The position numbers and the translations under genes are program-made. This document shows positions 16,878-22,674 of a stretch of 22,674 bases of DNA, one piece after another. The DNA comes from an uncultured Deinococcales bacterium (GTDB lineage: Bacteria > Deinococcota > Deinococci > Deinococcales > JAAFIG01): assembly GCA_964247135.1 (NCBI GenBank), contig CAXTTL010000003.1, positions 45,924 through 68,597 of the forward strand. The letters are read 5' to 3'. Numbering within the stretch: the stretch's first letter is position 1; every line of letters begins with the position of its first letter. The notes beneath the pieces were generated by a model that was not told the DNA's origin, searched no databases, and saw only the letters and a list, made by a program, of their open reading frames with translations.

Positions 16878-17888
16878 TCAAGTTGAACTCGAGGGTTCGT
16901 ACAAAAAACAGGCGCTCTGATGACCTTCCAAACCCCGAGCCTCGAGCTTGGGCACTTCGCGGGTGCAGCGCTCGAACGCCCTTGGGCAGCGCGGGTGAAA
17001 GGCGCAGCCTGTCGGCGGATTGAGCGGGCTGGGCAGTTCGCCGTGCACCGCCTCGAGCGTGGTTTTTCGGCTCGGGTCGAGGTCGGGCGCAGCTCGCAGC
17101 AACGCCTGGGTGTACGGGTGCTCGGGGCTGGTGAAGAGTTTTTCGGTGCTCGAGAGTTCGACGATTCGCCCCAGGTACATCACGGCGACACGGTGCGAAA
17201 TGTGGCGCACCAGCCGCAAATCGTGCGCGACAAACATCACGGTCAAATGCAGGCGCTCTTGCAGCTCGAGCAACAAATTCACGACCTGGGCTTGAACGCT
17301 GACATCGAGCGCACTGACCAGTTCATCGGCAATCAAGGTTTCGGGTTCGACCGAGAGCGCCCGAGCGATGCCGATGCGTTGACGTTGACCGCCAGAAAAC
17401 TCGTGCGGCAAGCGTTCGGCGGCATCTTTGGGCAAACCGACCAAATCGAGCAATTCATTGATCCGATCTGGAATCTCGCGGCTCGAGCGCAATTGATGCA
17501 CCGACAATGCCTCGCGCAAAACCTGCCCAACCGTCATGCGTGGGTTGAGGCTCGAGAAGGGGTCTTGAAACACCATCTGCACGCGGCGGTTGTAATTGCG
17601 CAACGCCAGCCCGCGCAAATCCAGCACGTTTTTGCCGTCATACTCGAGCGTCCCCGAGTCGGCATCGTAGAGCCTGACCAGACAGCGGGCGAGGGTGCTT
17701 TTGCCGCAACCCGACTCGCCGACGATGCCGAGCGTCTCGCCGCGCAAGAGGTCGAGGCTGACCCCAGTTAAGGCTTTGACCGATTTTGCTGGCAGACCAC
17801 GCACACGATCTAGCCCCGAGGAAGGCACGGGAAAGGTCTTGGTCAGGTCGCGCACCCGCATGATTGGGGTGTGGTCACTTGGCTTCAC
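16878..17888 (-). CDS. Oligopeptide/dipeptide ABC transporter ATP-binding subunit (OppF/DppF-like)
   Basis: GESGCGKST, FSGGQRQRI, IADE and a C-terminal GC.FHPRC domain. GTG start overlaps the upstream stop. Confidence 0.95.
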   Translation of the reverse strand: MKPSDHTPIMRVRDLTKTFPVPSSGLDRVRGLPAKSVKALTGVSLDLLRGETLGIVGESGCGKSTLARCLVRLYDADSGTLEYDGKNVLDLRGLALRNYNRRVQMVFQDPFSSLNPRMTVGQVLREALSVHQLRSSREIPDRINELLDLVGLPKDAAERLPHEFSGGQRQRIGIARALSVEPETLIADELVSALDVSVQAQVVNLLLELQERLHLTVMFVAHDLRLVRHISHRVAVMYLGRIVELSSTEKLFTSPEHPYTQALLRAAPDLDPSRKTTLEAVHGELPSPLNPPTGCAFHPRCPRAFERCTREVPKLEARGLEGHQSACFLYEPSSST

Positions 17889-18904
17889 GGCTGCACCTCG
17901 AGTGCCGCTTGGGCGCTCACAGGTTCGAGCTGGTCAAAATGAATGCAGGCTGACAAGCGTGTGCTCGAGATGGCTTGGAGGGCAGGTCGCTCGAGTGTGC
18001 ATTCAGGCGTGACATAGCCGCAACGCGGGGCGAACGGGCAACCAGGTGGCAGCTTGGCGAGGTTGGGCGGTGCGCCCGGAATGGGAATCAACGGGCGGCG
18101 CGTGGCTTGTGCACCAGGCACAGAATTGAGCAGCCCGAGCGTGTAGGCGTGGCGCGGCTGGGCAAAGAGTTCGCTGGCGGGGGCAACCTCGACGATGCGA
18201 CCCGCGTACATCACCGCCACGCGGTCACAGGTCTGGGCAACCACGCCCAGGTCATGCGTGACCAAAATCACGCCCATGCCGAGCGTATCCTTCAGGCGCA
18301 GCAAGAGCTTGAGAATCTGATCCTGAATCGTGACATCGAGCGCGGTGGTCGGCTCGTCGGCGAGCAACAATTTGGGATTGGACGCCAGCGCAATGGCGAT
18401 CATGGCGCGTTGACGCATCCCGCCCGAAAATTGATGCGGAAAATCCTTCAGGCGCTCCTTGGGCGAGGGAATCCCGACCAGCTCGAGCAATTCGGTGGCT
18501 CGAGCCTTGCGGTCTTGGCTTGAAAGATTGGTGTGCTCTTGCAAGGTTTCGCCGATCTGCTCACCAATGTTCAGCACCGGATTGAGCGCGGTCATCGGTT
18601 CTTGGAAGATCATGCTGATCTCGCCGCCGCGCACCTTGCGAAGGCGTGATTCAGGCAACTCGAGCAAGTTGGTGCCGCGCCACAGCACCGTGCCAGAAAT
18701 TTTCCCAGGCGGGCGCACCAGCCGCAAGATCGAGCGCAAGGTGACGCTTTTGCCCGAACCGGACTCGCCGACCAAGCCCAGCACCTCGCCCTCCTGCAAG
18801 CTCAGGTTGACACCATCCACCGCCGTCAACACCCCTCGAGCCGTGTGAAAGACCGTGCGCAGGTCACGCAACTCGAGCAGGGTATTTGCAGTCTGAGTGT
18901 TCAT
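17885..18904 (-). CDS. Oligopeptide/dipeptide ABC transporter ATP-binding subunit (OppD/DppD-like)
   Basis: GESGSGKS, FQEPMTALNP, FSGGMRQR, LADEPTTALD and GCPFAPRC. Confidence 0.95.
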   Translation of the reverse strand: MNTQTANTLLELRDLRTVFHTARGVLTAVDGVNLSLQEGEVLGLVGESGSGKSVTLRSILRLVRPPGKISGTVLWRGTNLLELPESRLRKVRGGEISMIFQEPMTALNPVLNIGEQIGETLQEHTNLSSQDRKARATELLELVGIPSPKERLKDFPHQFSGGMRQRAMIAIALASNPKLLLADEPTTALDVTIQDQILKLLLRLKDTLGMGVILVTHDLGVVAQTCDRVAVMYAGRIVEVAPASELFAQPRHAYTLGLLNSVPGAQATRRPLIPIPGAPPNLAKLPPGCPFAPRCGYVTPECTLERPALQAISSTRLSACIHFDQLEPVSAQAALEVQP

Positions 18905-19749
18905 CCTTTGGGTCTCAAGAGGTCTGCCAGACCATCACCGAGCAGGCTAAAACCGATGCCTGCCACCGTGATTGCCAAGCCAGGAAAGGTCGAAATCCAC
19001 CAGGCGGTGGTCATGAAGTTCTTGCCATCGGCAATGATCACGCCCCATTCGGCGGTGGGTGGTTGTGCGCCCAAACCCAGATAACCCAGGCTCGAGCCAA
19101 GCAGAATGCCGAGCGCCATGTCGGTCATCCAGTAGACCACAGCGGGCGTGATGGCGTTGGGCAAAAGGTGGCGAAAAATAATTCTCGAGGGGGTGTAGCC
19201 CATGACGCGCCCAGCCAGGGCGTACTCGGCTTTTTTCTGGGTGAGAATTTCGCCGCGCACCAAACGCCCGTAGGTGATCCAACCCACCGCGCTGACGGCG
19301 ATGAACATGTTGTTCAAGCCTGGTCCCAAGAGCGCCACAATCGCAATCACCAGCACCAGAAATGGAAAGGTGACCACGATGTCCACAATGCGCCCAAAAA
19401 TCGCATCCAGCCAGCGCCCGTAATAACCCGTCATCGCGCCGACCAACGTGCCAAAAACAAAAGGGAACAGGGTTGTAAAGAGGGCAATCTGCATGTCCAC
19501 CTGTGCGCCCCAAATGACCCTCGAGAGCACATCGCGCCCGAAGTTATCGGTGCCAAACCAGTGCTTGATCGACGGGGCTTGCAGCACCGCCTGATAATCA
19601 AAATTGGTCGGGCTGTACGGCGCAACCCACTGCGGCACGAGCGCCATCACGACCAGTGACCCAATGATAACGATGCCAGCGATCAAGCTCGGCTTCAAGC
19701 GCACCCGAGGGCGACTCGAGGTTTGTGCGACCAGACTTGGCGCAGCCAT
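18901..19749 (-). CDS. Peptide ABC transporter permease (OppC/DppC-like)
   Basis: HWFGTDNFGRDVLSR, EAA-like loop EYALAGRVMG, RHLLPNA and LGLGAQPPTAEWG. Confidence 0.95.
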   Translation of the reverse strand: MAAPSLVAQTSSRPRVRLKPSLIAGIVIIGSLVVMALVPQWVAPYSPTNFDYQAVLQAPSIKHWFGTDNFGRDVLSRVIWGAQVDMQIALFTTLFPFVFGTLVGAMTGYYGRWLDAIFGRIVDIVVTFPFLVLVIAIVALLGPGLNNMFIAVSAVGWITYGRLVRGEILTQKKAEYALAGRVMGYTPSRIIFRHLLPNAITPAVVYWMTDMALGILLGSSLGYLGLGAQPPTAEWGVIIADGKNFMTTAWWISTFPGLAITVAGIGFSLLGDGLADLLRPKG

Positions 19750-19774
19750 CAGTTTAACCTCTGGCTCGAGCGCT

Positions 19775-20716
19775 TCATGCGACTTCCACCCGAGGGTCGA
19801 GTTGGGCGTGAACGATGTCGGTCAGGATAAACGTCAGTGACACCAGCACCGCAAAGGTCAGCGTCAAGCCCTGAATCACGGGGTAATCGCGTCCAAAAAT
19901 CGAATCGACCATCAGACGCCCAACCCCAGGAATCGCAAACACGCTCTCGGTGATGACCGCCCCGCCGATCAAACCGCCGATGTTCAAACCGAACAGCGTC
20001 ACCGTCGAGATCACCGCATTTCTGAGGACATGCTTTCCCAAGATCAAACTCGAGCGCAAGCCTTTTGCCCGCGCAAAATCCACGTACTCGGATTGCAGCA
20101 CCTCGAGAATCGCCGCCCGCAAATTGCGCATCAGGATGGCGGCGAGGTTAAAACCAAGCGTTAACGCAGGCAAAAACAGATACCACAAATGCTCGAGGAA
20201 GGTCTCGCCGTAACCACCGATGGGGAACAAGCGCCAACGTGCGCCGAGGATGGTCAAGAGTTGCAAACCGATGTAAAACACGGGCATCGACAGACCAATC
20301 TGAAACACGCCACGGATCGCCGTATCGATGGCAGTATCGCGTCGCAACGCCGCCACAAAAGAAAGCGGCACCGCCAACAAGACCGCCAGCACACTGGCAT
20401 AAAGCGTCAAAAACAAGGTCACGGGCATCCGCTCGAGGATCAAACGAAAAACCGGCACCTTCAAGTTGATCGAATCGCCAAGATCGCCCTGAAAAAAATG
20501 CCCGACAAAAACCCCGAATTGTACCACCAGCGGCTTATCCAAGCCCAGTTCTTTGTTGGCTCGAGCGATCATCGCTTCGGTGGCGCGTTCGCCCAGAATC
20601 GCGCTGGTGGGATCGCCTGGCAGCAGTCGCACCATGAAGAACACCAGTGCCATCACCACAAAAAATGTGGGGATCACCTGGAGCACGCGCACAATGATGT
20701 ACGACCAACGGTTCAT
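19775..20716 (-). CDS. Peptide ABC transporter permease (OppB/DppB-like)
   Basis: LLPGDP, LGLDKP, GDLGDS, EYVDFARAKGL, ITESVFAIPGVG and RDYPVIQG. Confidence 0.95.
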   Translation of the reverse strand: MNRWSYIIVRVLQVIPTFFVVMALVFFMVRLLPGDPTSAILGERATEAMIARANKELGLDKPLVVQFGVFVGHFFQGDLGDSINLKVPVFRLILERMPVTLFLTLYASVLAVLLAVPLSFVAALRRDTAIDTAIRGVFQIGLSMPVFYIGLQLLTILGARWRLFPIGGYGETFLEHLWYLFLPALTLGFNLAAILMRNLRAAILEVLQSEYVDFARAKGLRSSLILGKHVLRNAVISTVTLFGLNIGGLIGGAVITESVFAIPGVGRLMVDSIFGRDYPVIQGLTLTFAVLVSLTFILTDIVHAQLDPRVEVA

Positions 20717-20801
20717 TCAAAATTCCTTGGCTCGAGTTTGAGGAGAAAGGTTGCATTCATGGTTTCTCTTTAGATACGACGATTAACGATTATCCGCGCC
20801 A

Positions 20802-20920
20802 CCCTCATCCCCAACCCTTCTCCCGCTAGCGGGAGAAGGGAGCTTGGCTCTTTTACACGTGTGGCTCAAGGGATTTCCTTCTCCCTGCGGGAGAAGGTGG
20901 CGCGTAGCGCCGGATGAGGG
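20802..20920. repeat. REP-like composite palindromic element (two inverted CCCTCATCC...CCTTCTCCC/GGGAGAAGG units)
   Basis: Outer inverted repeat CCCTCATCC (20802) / GGATGAGGG (20912). Perfect 26-bp palindrome at 20815-20840. Further hairpins at 20877-20897 and 20899-20911. Confidence 0.8.
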
Positions 20921-20981
20921 CTTCAAGCGAGTCATCCAATACCCCATTTGCTTTTGCATCGGGAGTTTTGATCCTCGAGCT

Positions 20982-22550
20982 TCACTTCTCGAGATACGCA
21001 GCGCCAAAGATATTCACGCCCAGCGGGGTTTGCACAAAATCCCGCACTTTTTTCGAGATCGCCACGGCAAAAGGTTGCTCGTACAGGAAGATCATCGGGG
21101 CGGCTTCAGTGTGAATTTTTTGAATTAGGGCGTAGAGGGCGGCGCGTTTGGCGGGGTTGGTTTCTTGTTGACTTTGGGTGAAAGCTTTTTCGACTGCATC
21201 GCTTTTGAAACCTGTTTTGAACGATTCAGCACTCTCGAACACGGCGGCGTAGGCGGTCAATTCGTTGGGGTCGGCGATGTCGTCGGTCCAGTAGTTGACC
21301 TGCATTTGAAAGTCGGTGTCTTGATAGCGTTTGTTGGTGGTGGCGCTGTCAAATTGTTCAATCTTGAGTTTGACCCCAATGGCATCCCACATCTGTTGCA
21401 GTGCGGTGGTCAGCGCGATCTGGTCGGCGCTGCCAGCAACAATCTGCACCGAAATCTCCGTGCCTGGGGCAACGCCAGATTCGGCAAACAGGGCTTTGGC
21501 TTTCTCGAGGTTGAACGGGTACATCGCTTGGGGTGCGAACAGTGGTGTGCTCGAGGAGAGATACGAGCGCATGGGTTTGCCCAGCCCGAAGGTCACGAGT
21601 TTGATCAAAGCTCCCTTGTCGGTGGCGTAATTCAGGGCTTGGCGCAATTTGAGGTTGGCAAGCGGGTTGTCTGTACCGTCTTTTAGTTTGGGGCGGTTGT
21701 TCATGACGATAAAATTGACTCGCGTCGAGGGGAAGAGTTTCATGTTGATTTTGGGGTCGGCTTGCAGCTCATTAACCCGAGCGAAGGGGATAAATTCCGC
21801 GCCGTCCAGTTCGCCAGATTGCAATTTTAAAATGCGGGCGTTGTCATCGGGAACGATTTCAAAACGCACCGTCTCGAGGTAAGGCAGCGGCTTGCCATCC
21901 GCCCCTTTGCGCCAGTAGTTGGGGTTGCGTTTCAAGGTCATGCTCGAGCCGCGTTTCCATTCTTGGAGCAAAAATGGTCCTGTGCCGATGGGTTTCTCGG
22001 CAAAGGCTTTGGCTCGAGCCTTCTCGTCCGCGCCCTTTGCCGCGCCGTACAATTTTTTCGGCAGAATCGCGCTGTTAAACGTGGCGAGGGCGGCAGGCAG
22101 GCTTGGGTCGGTGTTTTTCAGGGCAAGCACAACTTGATTGCCGCTGGCTTTGACGCTCGAGATAGAACCGAGCAAGAAGTTCCATGCGCCGTTGTCGGGG
22201 TTTCTGGCGCGATCCAAGGAAAACTTCACGTCCTCGGCGGTCACGGCGGTGCCATCCGAGAATTTCACGCCCGGGCGCAAGGTCAGTGTAAAGGTTTTGC
22301 CGTCCTTGCTAAAGCCCCACTGGCTCGCCAGCCCTGGTACAAGTCCTTTGCTGCCCGTCTGAATCAGGGTTTCGTAGATGTTTTGCAAAATCCAGATGTC
22401 CAAATTGGCATCGGTGAACACGGGGTCAAGAAACAAGGAATCGGCGTAACGCCCATACGTCAGTGTGCCGCCTCGAGTCGGACCTTGCGCGTCGCTGACA
22501 CCCAAAAAGACCATCCCGACCACCAGCAAAGCCCCAAACCAATTTCGCAT
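20982..22550 (-). CDS. Peptide ABC transporter substrate-binding protein (family 5, OppA/DppA-like)
   Basis: GGAGG SD before ATG 22550. Cleavable signal peptide with no lipobox. Motifs IYETL, PGLASQW, LRPGVKFSDG.AVTAEDVKFS, PIGTGPF and RNPNYW. Confidence 0.95.
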   Translation of the reverse strand: MRNWFGALLVVGMVFLGVSDAQGPTRGGTLTYGRYADSLFLDPVFTDANLDIWILQNIYETLIQTGSKGLVPGLASQWGFSKDGKTFTLTLRPGVKFSDGTAVTAEDVKFSLDRARNPDNGAWNFLLGSISSVKASGNQVVLALKNTDPSLPAALATFNSAILPKKLYGAAKGADEKARAKAFAEKPIGTGPFLLQEWKRGSSMTLKRNPNYWRKGADGKPLPYLETVRFEIVPDDNARILKLQSGELDGAEFIPFARVNELQADPKINMKLFPSTRVNFIVMNNRPKLKDGTDNPLANLKLRQALNYATDKGALIKLVTFGLGKPMRSYLSSSTPLFAPQAMYPFNLEKAKALFAESGVAPGTEISVQIVAGSADQIALTTALQQMWDAIGVKLKIEQFDSATTNKRYQDTDFQMQVNYWTDDIADPNELTAYAAVFESAESFKTGFKSDAVEKAFTQSQQETNPAKRAALYALIQKIHTEAAPMIFLYEQPFAVAISKKVRDFVQTPLGVNIFGAAYLEK

Positions 22551-22674
22551 GACCAACCTCCAGATCGGCAACACTCGAGCAACAATTTTGTTTCTTACAG
22601 CAGCCTCTGAGATCGCACTAAAAGTATGTTGACCCTCGAGAAATAAAAATCATTCCTTCAAAGACTGTAGGGTG

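Noticed and set aside
1-22674. CTCGAG sites as SARP (DnrI/ActII-ORF4-type TCGAG) binding boxes or as cloning/assembly artefacts
   Set aside because: Sites are dispersed through intact coding frames without 11-bp phasing and do not disrupt ORFs.

Overview
Bacterial chromosomal window of roughly 55-57% GC (estimated by eye), most consistent with Deinococcota. This is an inference from leaderless genes with a TANNNT box 6-7 nt before the ATG and from gene content. The left ~10 kb is an accessory regulatory region with two large STAND-class ATPase regulators. The first is a MalT-like LuxR activator, followed by a TCACCAC palindromic operator, a small conserved protein, two membrane proteins and a frameshifted LuxR remnant. 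The second is a SARP/BTAD-like NB-ARC-TPR protein, divergent from two copies of a heptamer-repeat promoter that precede two small ORFs and a Cys-rich 7-repeat beta-propeller lipoprotein. The right part holds an aldo/keto reductase, a GNAT acetyltransferase, an AlgI/AlgJ-type O-acetylation pair, a divergent THUMP/RlmL-like methyltransferase and an Opp/Dpp ABC operon with a proline-iminopeptidase-family gene; a REP-like element sits inside that operon. The most striking sequence-level signal is the palindrome CTCGAG, which occurs about 150 times by hand count against about 7 expected. It appears in all reading frames and in intergenic DNA, like a HIP1-type highly iterated palindrome, and is locally depleted in parts of the accessory region. 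No rRNA, tRNA, CRISPR array or transposase was seen.
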